DNA of 64,000 bases, from NCBI RefSeq assembly GCF_006345805.1, contig NW_021831284.1:434001-498000 (forward strand), given 5' to 3'. The position numbers and the translations under genes were made by a program. Below the pieces are notes generated by a model. It did not search any database, was not told the DNA's origin, and saw nothing but the letters and a program-made list of their open reading frames with translations. This document shows, piece after piece, positions 1-12,031 of the stretch (position 1 is the stretch's first letter; each line of letters starts with the position of its first letter). The stretch comes from Octopus sinensis. Lineage: Eukaryota.

Positions 1-1199
1 GCCTCGTTGTTAAATACAGAGAGGAGCTAAGAATGAATAGAAATAATAAACTGTACTTTGGAAGCGTTCTTTGTAATGAAGTTTTTGGCACCGTTGTAAA
101 GTTTAGAATTGTCCACCATTGTGTGAAAGTCATCAATCAAGTCCCAAGGACATTGATATTCCAAATCCTGCAGCTTACTGTACATCGCGGACAAGTCCAT
201 TGGTTTTTTGATTATATCAAAGTAATTCTTGTATATATTTATTACAAGAGTACCGGTGTTCCGTCCTTTATCGGGTCCAATGGCAAAAAAAATAGTCGGG
301 CTTCCGACATCGTTTGTATTTTGTCGATTAACGGTATAAAAGCCTCTTTAATATTTTGAGGCGAAATTTCTTAAAATTTTATCTTTGAGGACAAATACTG
401 TTTGTCACAAAAACTGGTTTTTGTGGAGTTTTTGGGGCAGGAGTGTGACCTTCCTTCTTTGGAACTTTTAAGGTCGGAAGACTCTCGGGGGTCTCCTCCT
501 TTTTAACTGGAGGTATAATATCGAGTGATGGTGTCCGAGAGGGAGAAGTCTAAATTAGTAAAATTAAATTATTAAACCATTAATTTCCTTTCAAAACCTT
601 CAGAAAACGCTGCAAATTTATGTATATATCCATCGACGGAATTGGAATGGTTATAAATCCTGTTTTCATGCATATTCACAAAATTTAAGGCTTTTTTAAG
701 TTTTTGTGGAGAGTTAATATTTCTTCTCAAAGATTCACATCTAAACATTAGTTTATATTTATATACAATTGATTTTTTCTATATTCCCCCTCATTTATAG
801 AAATATAACTGGCTTTTGGAATTGGCTGCTGAGGGTTAATACTGGGTGGTCGAGGTCGGACGATTTGTACGACTGATTTATTTTCATTGCTAAAAAATTA
901 AATAAAATTGTCAACCCATAATTTCCTTGATAGCTTGACATAACACCAAACTATCACATCCATTACATCTATAAATATGATTTAAGTAGTTTTTCATTTT
1001 TCGGCAATGAGAAGAGCACAAAAGATTGCACTTCCTGGAATGTTCATATGCAGAAATAAACTTATTAAATGTTAGTTATTCAAATATATACTTCTTCTTG
1101 ACGATTATAGAGTCGATTTAGTGAATTTAGTGCCCTTACTTCAGGTCGGCTGGAATCCCTCCTGGGGACAAATTGTCGAGGTGGATCCTGAACTGACAT
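1..1199 (-). CDS. CREBBP: CBP/p300-like histone acetyltransferase, 5' part (TAZ1-like, KIX-like, bromodomain); continues beyond the left edge
   Basis: Manual splicing from ATG 1199 gives a TAZ1-like segment (HSRKCNLLCSSHCRKMKNYLNHIYRC), a KIX-like segment (LNFVNMHENRIYNHSNSVDGYIHKFA) and a bromodomain (NIKEAFIPLIDK...LDPIKDGTP|NYFDIIKKPMDLS...PWDLIDDFHTMVDNSKLYN...ASK|LLSVFNNE). Introns are about 20-31 nt GT-AG. Junctions between TAZ1 and KIX are less certain. Confidence 0.8.
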
Positions 1200-1399
1200 A
1201 TATTGAGAGGATAGTAAATATTGCACTGGTATGTATGTGTTTGGTTAAGACGTTGATGGAAATTGTGTCTTAATTCAATTCAATTAAGTTTATTGTAATT
1301 AACAGAGAAAGAGAAAGTAACAGGAATTAAGGACGGTGATAGGACGAGACAGATGCCAAGGCAACTGAACTCTTCTGAGCTTGCGTCCAATTCATCTGT

Positions 1400-2400
1400 C
1401 GTGAGCCAGAGTTAATAGTGGCTATGTTGCTGAATTGCTCCCTTCTAGCAGGAGCTCTTGCAGCATATTCAAATTTACTCCAAGTTTGGTCAGGGCTCCT
1501 ACACAACGGCGAAAGGATTCCAGTAGGGAATCTCTGTTGTGTAGGTCCTAATCCAAGTGGGCACCTCTTTGTCGCAAAGCTTTGTTACGGTGTGTTTCTC
1601 CCTTCTTATGGGGGACAGCCGAGCGGACCACTTTTGAGTTATGGCACTCATTAGTGTTTGACTTCGCGCTTGTGAGTGTGCTGGGGCCCGGCGACGTCTG
1701 AATAGAGACATCGACTTTGGACGGACTTGGGGGAGACCCTTATGTCCAGACTGATTCTATCGGTTCGGCTTTTACCCAGCGTACTGGGCTTTTAGTCTGT
1801 GGGCTCTTCGCAACCCTTGAGGCTGCTGTTGCTGCTTTGGCAGACGGACATTCACCGTAGCACGCCAAGTGCCCAGAGTTCTTGCAGTTAATGCAAGTTT
1901 TTGCAGCTGGGACACTCGGTTTTGGCTTGGAACTCGGGCAGTTTTGGTGCCTGTGTTCTTTACCGCAGAGGAGACAACGGAGTTTTTCCGAGCATCTGTA
2001 GGAGGTATGTCCAAACTGATTGCACCGGAAGCATCTCGTTGCTGGGGGCTTGTGCCATTCGCAGCGGATGTGGCTGAAGCCGGCAGTTATTCCAAAGCGG
2101 ATGAGGGTGTTGGCCTCGGCTCTGGAATCCAGCGTGAGTCTGCCGACAGGCATGTCGGTTCCATTGCGAGAGAACCTTTCAAACTTGAAGTCCGATTCTA
2201 GACTTTCTCTCAAGTGGAGGTTAAGGTCCTCTGTCGAGATCCAATGAGGGATTCCTTTAAGGACCAAGACTGAGGCCTTCTCAGCTACTGAGGCAAGTTT
2301 ATGGCCGCCTTCGCCAAACATATTCGATTGAGACAGCTCTGCTTTGAAAGCAGCAGCATCCTCGAGCGATCTGAATTTTAGAATGAAGGTGCCGGACTTC
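1400..2400 (-). mobile_element. Non-LTR retrotransposon ORF1 (gag-like) fragment with three zinc knuckles
   Basis: ORF 1740-2321 contains CFRCNQFGHTSYRC, CLLCGKEHRHQNC and CINCKNSGHLACYGEC, typical of jockey/I-group ORF1. Confidence 0.75.
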
Positions 2401-3703
2401 TGTAAAGTTATCCGGGCTTTGGAAGCAGTTGGCGACTTGGAAATTAGTCACTCCCTTATACTGCAGTTTACTCCCTTATATAGTCTGAAAAAGTGATTCA
2501 ATAATTATTAATTTAAATCAATAATTATATGGTTCCTATTTGCAAAAACTGTCGCGATTAACTCGATTATCTCAAGTACGTGTTTATTTTAGTAAGTTAA
2601 TTAGGATCAATTTTGATTGCAAACACAGATTTAAAAATGACTAATTTTCAATATCACAGGATTGGAGATATTGAGCCATTTCATAAAAATTAACATATAT
2701 TCGTGTGATGTCTATATTCATTTCTATGTAATTTGAAAGAATAAAAATAATCTAGGGAGGATATTGGAATACGTCTCAACTAGATCTTGTAATATAGAGA
2801 ACACGGTATTAGTCATTATTAGTATGAGTTTTTGTTTAGAGTGACTTTACCTTTGGCAGATTATTCGTTACAAGTTTCTTTTTTCAAGAAGACAAATCTT
2901 CTGGCCAACCTAGTTGACATTTCTAATTCTTCTCAATTTCTGATAAATTGATTTGTGCGCTGAAAACTTGGTCGTTATTGTTTTCAGACCATAGACGTGC
3001 ATGACTAATTAATGAAAAATGACTTTGAAGAGACTTCGTCTAAACATTCATAAACTAGGCTGATGTCACAAATTTCTCGTATATTGATTTTATCCGGCGA
3101 TATCATATCTTTCAGCAAACTCACTTTAACAATAAATTTGTTTTAATCATCTTTGCGCTTGAATAAAAATTTGACCCAACAAAGCTAAAAATACACAATT
3201 CATGTTTTTACAATCCCACTATACAATTATAGTACATTAAAGCAAAGAAAGAAGAAATTAAAAACTTGATCAACATCCACGACAATAAAAATTAAACTGC
3301 AAGTCTAATTTTCTTTAATTTCGATAAGGTGTGTATTTACTTATATTTTCGGTTTTTAGAAGACATTTTATTATTATTGTTACTTTTTAGGTCATTTATT
3401 TGAAAAGAATTCTGATTTAGTGTATTGACATGATAATTATTGATATTTGGGGATTCTAAGAAATAGACGCGGCAACTTAATTAGAATTTACTCAAAAATA
3501 TTAAGGAGAAATTAAAAAACGTATTAATGAATTATCAAAGACTTTGCTAAACTCAGGCATTTACAAAAATCAATTAATAAACATTTTCTAACGCAATCAA
3601 AATAGTCTGGAATTATTGAATTCCATGAGGTTGATAAATTATCAAGAACGTTTCTTAGGTTAAAAAATATTAAAAATATGTATTAGTAAATAATCTATAA
3701 TAC

Positions 3704-4448
3704 TCACAGGTGTTGAAGCAAGTTATAAAATTCAAATGAGTTAGGTTTCGGTTTTCTTCGAAGCTTTGGGCCCTCTCCTTGCTTTTCATAAAAATCCGAT
3801 TTATGTGATGTCATAAGTTCATAATCGCCTAATATTAAACAAATATATATACCTGAGAATTCTATGTTTTCAGGAATATGTACTTTTTCTGGTCTTTTTA
3901 CCCATTCTCCTCTAAAATGAGAATTTGTTGTTGTGGAAAACAGATGAGATGAATTTGGAAATATTGTTGAGCCTTTCAATTATATTAAAACATAATTTTA
4001 TGCCAAGTAATGATGGAAATTCAGAATATGTTATTTTTGTATTTGGCGTTTTCCATTTGTAGTCTTGGCTATAGTTGGTTTCATAATAAGTTTTCATTTT
4101 GTTGTTTTCCGTCACTTGAATTTTCTTTTCTGGAATTTTTTGCAGTTTTGGTTTTACAAAAACTCTGTTATTAGTGGTAAGATAAGGAGTTTGAAATTCT
4201 TTATTACTAAAGTCATTATCAATCTAAAATTAATGTGTTTAAATTACATATTTTTTGGGAGATCGCTGATGGTTCCCGGAAATAGTTGGAAAATGATCAC
4301 GATTTGTAGAAATGAAACACGGTTTGTTGATATTACCTGTAAGAAATTTTCTGCTGTCTTGAGGCCTTTTACTTGAACGCTTTCGGGGAATGTAATCTTT
4401 AAAATGATCGTTATATGTTGAGATATTAATTTGTGAACAATTTAGCAT
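3704..4448 (-). CDS. SAXO/FAM154-like ciliary microtubule-stabilising protein (ends uncertain)
   Basis: Three ORF pieces join through mini-introns (4224-4247, 3973-3991 or 3973-4003, 3829-3852). The product has repeated Mn-like motifs STYNDHF, STNRDHF, TNYSQDY, STTTNSHF and TSHKSDF separated by Pro/Lys-rich spacers. Confidence 0.5.
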
Positions 4449-6012
4449 TTTAGCTTGTTTATTTGATTAGGACGTAACTTGAGCTTTATAATTGATTTAC
4501 TAAGATTATTGTATTGCGTAGAGTTCGCATTGTTTTGTTCTCATGACGATGAAAGATTGCTTTTTTATTTTTTACAATAAATACCACAATATTTTTTATT
4601 ATATTAGTACACAAAATCTCAATGATATCTAGAGTTTATCTTTATTGTCTAAACCCCTTACTTTCAATTTTACTTAAATAGTTCTTACTTCAGCAGTATC
4701 CAGAAACTATTTTTTCAATTACCAACAAGAGTTTTTTGATTGATAGTATCTGGAGATCTGTATGACTTTCTCTAATGATTACCCTGTCCCATTTGATGGC
4801 ACGTCTACGGTTTGTTTTTACCGCACTAGTAAATTTGCATTCGCTTACGTGAATACCAGAATTGTACGCGATAGAAGAAGAGTGGGAGCACCGTGGCATA
4901 AAAAATCTTTTTTTAACATCTAGGAAACTGTACACAGTTTAGTTATTTAGTATAGTTTAATTTGAAACAGAAAAGTAGCATAATAGGAACGTTAAAGTTT
5001 GCTTGGGTAGAAAATAGTGTAGATGAACTACCTAAAATTTACTAAAAACAAATTAAGATGAAATGATTGAAAGAAAGTAAACAATTGTTGTTCGACATAT
5101 GAACTGAATAGTGCGTAATGGCGTTGATGGAGCTGCTTTTTGACCAAATTAAGTTGGTTAGTGAGTGTAGAGTATTTCTGATTGGACATTGCTCTATGGG
5201 TGAGAGAAATGAGTTCAGCAGTAGTAAAGAGATTTACAAGAGAATCGACAAAAAAATATTGTGTGGGGAATTAAATGGTCGGAGAACTGCATAAATGAAT
5301 CTGTTTACTTGCCTGAACCTCAGTTTTAGAACGAGATCTCTTTGAGGAATTGATTAGTGAAAACTGTGAATTCAGTTTCCGGGTTGAGAAATCTGAGTGA
5401 ATTGATTCCATTGTCTTTAGCAGTAATGAGAAGGAGTTAATTGAGAGAACGAGCACTCCCAGCACCCACTGACTGTCTTACGTGCTCTCTGAAAGTGTCT
5501 ATTATTCGCTGGGGAAAGAGCTCGACAGACCATCTGTGATTCTCAATTGCAGATAGATAACCAAAGATTACCTATTCTGCCTTCTTTTTGTTGCTCTATT
5601 ATTATTCAACCAAGACCACCGTCTAAAAACCCAAAATAACTAATCAGATGATCCCAGCTTCTCTAAGAGAGGTCCTCATTTTTCCCTGACGTTCTTCCCA
5701 TGTTCCTGCACATTTTCTGTAGGGGCGCGGCGGGTGTGTCATTGCGAATGTCGTTTCCCGTTTCTTCGCATGATCTCTCAAAAGTGGTAAAATTTAGTTG
5801 CTAGTTTGGTTCTTCTAGGGTTTTGCAGATTCTTGATTGAATTTTCAAAATTTTTTCCCGATTGGTGTAGCTTATCGTATTTCCAGGCGTAGCTAATTGT
5901 GGGTTCCATGACTGCTTATAGACTAGTTTAAAAAACAAATAATGGTTGAATATTCGACATGTTAATCTATAGATTTAAGACGCCAAGATGCCAAATTTTG
6001 AATTATTAGAAA

Positions 6013-6340
6013 CTAGTTCGGCAGCTCGCTTCGCACACCGCGACGTAGCTCCTGCGGGGCCCTGTTTCATTAAACAACTATAAGTTTAAGTAAATATATT
6101 AAACGACCTGGTTTGACGTAACCCTATTTTAACACGTATTGATAAACTATGTTTTTTGTCCGTCTTTCCTTGGTATATATGAATAAATTTTCTCTTCTGC
6201 TACCCTTGAACATCCCACGTACAGTTGTCCATGGAAAAAGCAGTCCCTCTCTAAAAATTTTCAAAATTCGTGGGATATAAACGTCCTCACTATTATACTT
6301 AGCTGTAAATATCGTCACTTCTATTACGTTAGCCATCGTT
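6013..6340 (-). mobile_element. Helitron 3' end (PIF1 helicase C-terminus, GC-rich subterminal segment, CTAG|T terminus)
   Basis: ORF 6124-6336 (NVIEVTIFTAKYNSEDVYIPRI...TKNIVY) resembles the RepHel C-terminus. The element ends ...gcgaagcgagctgccgaaCTAG followed by T. Confidence 0.75.
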
Positions 6341-7159
6341 TTTATTAATATGTTGAAAATAATTCTTTAATTTTTTTGCCGGGGAAGATTTTTTTAGGAC
6401 TTCATTATTGTGGATTTGTTTCCCATGACAATCTAACTTCTTTTTGGGGGGCACCAAGAGGGATTTTCCCAGATAGAAGATGTTTTTAAATACTAACAAA
6501 AACTTAAAGTTTTGTTAGTTTAAAACCAAAAGGATGTTTATTTTACATTTTATTTAACGATTTTAATCTTCCATTTTTACTTGTTGAAAAATGATCCGTT
6601 ATTTTTTCTCCAAATTTTTACTTTTGAATTAATCAATTCATCGTTAACTTTTTAAAGTTATAAAATGCAAGTAAACGCCAAAAAACGTGAAAGTAAGGAA
6701 TTTCATGTTTTACTAATTTGATATACTTTATTTGACATAAATGTATTATCAAATAGTATTAGTTTTTAATAAACTAATAATCTCTAGTTTACTTAGACAA
6801 GAGACCGTATTCAAATCAGATCTTGTTCATTTATGTGCCTGTTTCGCATTGACTAACATGACAAATTCAGTGTACTGACTAGACTCATACAAACTGTTCT
6901 TAATCAATGAAAAAATATCAGGCACTGCTCGTAGACAACATTGATAGTATTTTTTAAAGGCAGCGGAATTAGAGTATTTGTTAGATTAAAATTTGCTTGC
7001 ATTTCCCATATGGTTGGCAGGAGATGAACAATTCTGAAATGATAATCCCTATTCGGTATGGAAATGTTTTGTTTGGATTACAATAGACGAAATAGGCCAA
7101 TCTCGGTTAGGGAAATCACATTTTGCTCATTTTTCTCCATATGATCACTGGTAATCTTA

Positions 7160-7480
7160 AACGCTTTAATAGCGAAAAAATCACCGAAATTGTATACGCT
7201 GACGATGTGGATTTTACATCACATGATACAACAGCCTTGAGGCGGTTACTTTATGTTGCTCCAGCAGAACTTGGTAAATAGTTTCTTACCGTGAATCACG
7301 GAAATCGCACGTATGGGATCAAGATTGGATGAGGAATGGAAACGTTTCAGAAAACTTGGGTCACTCCTCGGAGATAGTGCGGACTTAACTATGCAGGTTA
7401 CAATGACCGACATGGATCAATAATGATGAATTGCACCGAAAGTGCTTAGGGTGCCCTGGCATTACGAGATAATAATCATT
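7160..7480 (+). mobile_element. RTE-like LINE reverse transcriptase fragment
   Basis: Degenerate IVYADDVDF and KLGSLLGDS motifs shared with the other RTE-like copies. Confidence 0.65.
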
Positions 7481-7599
7481 ATGGTTAAAAAAGGAAGGCT
7501 ACAGCGACTTGTCAGGCGATCTGGTTTCCTTATAAAAAGATTTGAGTAATTGAAACGGTCCAACCACCCATTTAATCATTTAAACCAATTTAAGTAGAA

Positions 7600-8600
7600 T
7601 TTTTCAAAATTTATTAAGACAATTGTCGTAAACAAGCGAAACAATCTTCTGGACCATCCTTGTCCATGCCCCTCTGTTGCGGGCGAGATCCCGCAAAGAT
7701 TCTAGGTCGTCCCAGTTTTTGAAACTTTTGCCATGAAAATTTGAGATCCCTCTCCAGAACTGCCGGAAGAGTGGATCTAGGTCTTCCACGATATTTGTCT
7801 CCATGTTCGGAGAAATAATCGTCCATTGCCCGATTGGCCGGAGCTCTGGGGTCCATTCGCAAAATATGGCCAAATAATTTCCACCGGCCTCCAACGATTT
7901 CTTGAGACAACGGCGTAGCATCGTAATGTTTATACAGAGATGGATTGTTAATTTTTGATGGCCAGTGTATTCCGTGTAAGAGACGTAGTTGTTTACGGGG
8001 AAGAGTCTATAGTCTTCAGTTCAGTGTCCGAGATCCTTCATGTTGACGAGTTGTATAGTAGAACAGGCTTTACCAGTGCATTATAAAGCCTTGATCTGAG
8101 AGCCCGATTAATCGGCCAAGCTTGGAGCCATTTTTTACGTATTCTGCTCAGAGCCGCAGTAGCAAGCATCTTTCTACGAGAAATGTCTTTACTATCTCCA
8201 AGTAGGGAGCCGAGTTTGTTCGCATTCCTCCATGTTTCGCCAATTCTGGTGTCCATTCGTTTAATCTCCGTCAATTCAGTTTTGGAAGTGTTAATTATCA
8301 GAAACCATTTGTTAAGCACCCGTGGGGAATTGTTTAGTAGATGAATTAGATCATCTATGTTGTCCGAGGCAAAGTCCACATCGTCGGCATATACAATTTT
8401 GGTAATAGAATCATTATAGAAAGTTCTCAAATCTCTCAAGGCGGCTTCCAGATAGATTACAAATAGCAGGGGGGAGAGAGAGTTTCCCTGAGGCGTGCCG
8501 ACATTCGTTTTGAACCGCCTGGAGCAGACTGACCCAATACGAACAGAAAGTTCTGTCCTAGCAAGTAGTAATTGTATCATTCTCACTTCATCCACCTCTA
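7600..8600 (-). mobile_element. RTE-like LINE RT and C-terminal fragment
   Basis: ORF 8038-8595 has PQGNSLSPLLF and IVYADDVDF. Downstream is GRWKLFGHILRMDP...RGRPRSTLP. Confidence 0.85.
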
Positions 8601-8639
8601 GGAAGCTTTCCAGAACCCCGATGAGTAGGTCACGATGAG

Positions 8640-8713
8640 TAGGTCTTTTTGGCCACGTGTGGGATTATAACTTTGTTTATGTTCCTACGGAATGTGTTAA
8701 TAATAATAATAAT
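8640..8713 (+). mobile_element. 3' terminus of an RTE-like LINE with (TAA)n tail
   Basis: ccacgtgtggg...ttgtttatgttcctacgg...taataataataataat matches the reverse complement of the element end at 32270-32340. Confidence 0.6.
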
Positions 8714-10819
8714 TGTCGCAGTAAATAGGGATTTCAGGAAATAGCGATCCGTAGTAAATAGAGCGCATAGTATTCAAATATAAATAAATTAAGCAATTTA
8801 TATGTCTATTTAGTAATAATCATTTTTATTTTTGAAAATGTTTTTATTTTTTGCAAAAAATAATAATTTTTATTTGAGCATGGGATATCTATCGATGTGC
8901 AATTATGAAAGGGATCAGATTATTGATTATCTAGTCCAGGGGTTCTCAACCTTTTGAGCTCAAGGGCCAAATCGATAATTAAGATTAGCTTCGCGGGCCG
9001 CACAAAAATTATTTTATATATTTTTATATTTTCCATTTTACTAAATATTGATTCGCATAAATATGTAGATTCATATATGCATTGTGTGTTATATTTTTGA
9101 ATTTGTCTTGAGGTATTAATTCGTAAAAATTAATAATGGACGCCTTTTTGAACAATGCCGCCAGTTATATATCATGTTGTAAATTAATGAGTTCTAGTTG
9201 AAACTTTGCAGGCGCATCCTTAATTTCCACGCTGAATGGAGTTGTCAATATTTTCATTAAAGGAAGGAATTCTTTAAAATTCTAAAAATTAAATTTATAA
9301 TGTACCCCAAAACGTGCTTCAAATTGATTAATGAAATCACCAATTATGGATATGTTTAACCTTAAGAATGAATAATTAAATTTAAACATTATTAAAAATT
9401 AAAAAAGTTAGTTACTCTAGAGGGGCCGCAAAAAAAATCCTGGGGGCCACATGCGGCCCCGGGGGCCGCATTTGAGAACCGCTGATCTAGTCAATGCGAA
9501 TTTACCGTCAACACTCAGTACCGCCAATGAAATTCGTTCCTTCAGGCTCCGGGCGAGTAAGTTATTCACTTTCCGCCGAATCTTATGTTTAAACGTGGAG
9601 TTGATCATTTTGTCCGATTTTTTACTGTTGAAGAACAAGAACAACTTTATGATTATGTCCGGTTGTGTCACCTGGATACGGGGCATCCAGGTCGAGATAA
9701 ATTATTCAATCATATGAAGAACTTGGCATATGGAATTAGCATAGAACATGTGAATCATGTTCTAAGTGCATGTACAACTTGCATAGCTCGTCGTACGCTC
9801 GCAACCAGGAGACAAATTACTCCAATAATTGCCAAGTTTTCACGAGAAAGGCTGATTATCGATCTTGTGGACCTAAGATATTACAGCGATCAAAATAGTG
9901 GCGAAAAATGGTTGCTGGTGATAATGGACTCGTTTACGAAATACTGTTGGACTTCAGCACTGAAATCAAAGAACTCGGCTGATGTGATACCGAGGATACG
10001 AAGTGTTGTTCTTTCTTTGGGGGAAGTATTCATAATACATACCGACAATGGACTTGAATTCTGCAACTCGCGGATGACGCAGTTGTGCGAAGAATTTGGA
10101 ATTCGCCATGTCAGGGGGAGGGCCCGATGTCCCTGGATACAGGGTCAAGTGGAACGACTTAATCAGACACTCAAATGGATGCTCAGTTCGACGTTATTAA
10201 CCAACGGGAATGGATTTCGTTGGATTGATATCCTCGAAAATATAACATTTACAGCACGACAGGGTCCAAATTAGTTCGACGAATATGTTGATCAATCATG
10301 AGGCCCCTTACGAGATCGATATTAATAGACTAGCTATCGTTGGAAAACTATAAAAATTTTGTTTCGGAATAAACTTCTTTATATCTTAATTTTTGTTCTT
10401 TTATGATTGCAATCGAAAATAGACAACTATTTGCTATTTCAAAAAAAAAGAATTTGAATTACTTTTCCATATTTTCATTTTTGTTTAAATAAAATGAAAT
10501 CGAAACTAAAATACACTCCATAAAGATTTAACGCGAAATTGACTAAATTGTTAATAAAAAGCGTCATTTAAACATTTAAAAAAATTAACAATTCAAACAA
10601 TAAACGAATCTATTCTTAAGCAAATATTTTCATTATTCCTGTACGATTTTAAAGCAGATTTTTTAGTAAGCTATTTATTAATTTATAAAATTATCAAATA
10701 ACGAAAAAATCGTCCTGCACAGTATTTGTCTTTATAGATTTCTCTATTTGGACAATATAAAATTTTATAATTATTTTACTTCGGATCGCTATTTCCTGGT
10801 ATCTCTATTTACTGTAACA
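8714..10819 (+). mobile_element. Ginger2/Tdd-like DNA transposon (integrase-type transposase), degenerate and MITE-interrupted
   Basis: About 45-bp TIRs start with TGT and end with ACA (TGTCGCAGTAAATAGGGATTTCAGGAAATAGCGATCCG vs TGTTACAGTAAATAGAGATACCAGGAAATAGCGATCCG). The 5-bp TSD is ATAAT. ORF 9585-10274 has an HHCC zinc motif and a DDE core (IDLVD, HTDNGLEF, QGQVERLNQTLK). No RT or LTR is present. Confidence 0.85.
8937..9484. mobile_element. hAT (Buster/Charlie-type) non-autonomous element, copy 1
   Basis: Ends CAGGGGTTCTCAA...TTGAGAACCGCTG with 8-bp TSD ATCTAGTC (8929-8936, 9485-9492). Both ends are shared with 47395-47912. Confidence 0.92.
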
Positions 10820-11334
10820 ATAATTGTCGTAAAGTAATATGTATTGTTTACAATAAGATCTATTTCATAGATCCCTTCATTGTAAGCACATACAAGAATT
10901 AGGGTTCAAAAATATTACAAGAATTCAAATATACCGATAATTGGTCTTGAATTGTAAAATTTAACAAGAATCTACGTTGCCCCCTGGCCATAAAAAGTAT
11001 TTAGACTAACAACTATCTCAACCAGAGTTACAAGATATACATTCGGTGATAGACACCCTAAAAGATGCTGTTTTGTAATATAACTATCTTCGGCAAGAAC
11101 TTTTATGGTCGGAAAGATCACCATAATCATATTCGTTCCTAGGATTTTTGTTTAGAAGTGACCATTTGAAATTTTTTCCAAAATCTGAACACATCAGTCC
11201 GCATTGGAATTTGTACACGCCTTGACATTGAGATTTGCCAGCCGGATCATTGTAGATATGGTAAGCTCATCTACATGAAGGGGTTACATCCTCTCTCTTG
11301 CCGCCTCAGTGTCGGCAGGATCCCCAGACACACC

Positions 11335-11715
11335 TCAATAAATGATGTTATAAAGCGTGCTTAACACCGCTGGATTCTTCTCAATATTAGAACCGGTTTG
11401 ACTGGACCGTAGTGACGGGAAACGCCCGATGGGTCGACTTTATTCCCGTTCAGGGAGGGACTGGCCCTCGTGTGAGATGTTACCTGGATAGACTCATTTT
11501 CGTCATCATCGCTGATCGACTCTAAAGAAAACTGCAAAATATGCCTCGCTGACCGATACCTGCTTCTTCATCCCCCTGGCTTTTGAGACCATACCCAAAG
11601 CGCTCAAACTACTCTCAGAGATTTGTTCAGCTTAAAAAACGAACTGGCTTTTTTAACGGACATCATTCGCGATATTGCTTGGGAATTGCCTATCCATCCG
11701 CTCAGCGACTAATTT
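11335..11715 (+). mobile_element. CRE-like non-LTR retroelement, restriction-like endonuclease 3' fragment
   Basis: Degenerate INDVIKRALNTAG...DGKRP.G.TLFPF...DVT...KYASL...FIPLAFET motifs. Confidence 0.75.
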
Positions 11716-11739
11716 AAATTAACGAACAATTCTTTCATG

Positions 11740-11905
11740 ATTTTTTTTTTTTTAAACAAGACAAAAATTACAGATAGCTAAGTTAGTTAAAGGCCTCACG
11801 AGACACCCGACCAGCCGCGCGAATGGCGAAGACGTTCCCTCGGATCACAGCAATCGACAGACGTTCCAGGAGCCAAGAAAACTCTCTCATGTCTATTTGC
11901 ATGAA
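11740..11905 (-). mobile_element. Short 5'-truncated CRE-like insertion with poly(A) tail and 12-bp TSD
   Basis: ERLSIAVIRGNVFAIR motif, T13 run at 11741-11753, and flanking duplication AATTCTTTCATG (11728-11739, 11906-11917). Confidence 0.7.
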
Positions 11906-12031
11906 AATTCTTTCATGTCTATTTGCATGCATAAAAATCCGAACAAGAAAAAATTGCAAACTTTGATTAACTGTTTTTACCGAAACAAATCATATTATTA
12001 AAAAAACGAATCATCAAAGGAAAAATGTGAT

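Noticed and set aside
6950-7130. Bro-N-like viral domain (LTEIGLFRLL)
   Set aside because: The match is a few residues in a stop-interrupted frame with no other viral genes nearby.
11887-11929. Tandem octamer motifs (ATTTGCAT twice) as a POU-bound regulatory element
   Set aside because: The repeat straddles the 5' junction and TSD of a retro-insertion (11740-11905) and is better explained as an insertion by-product.
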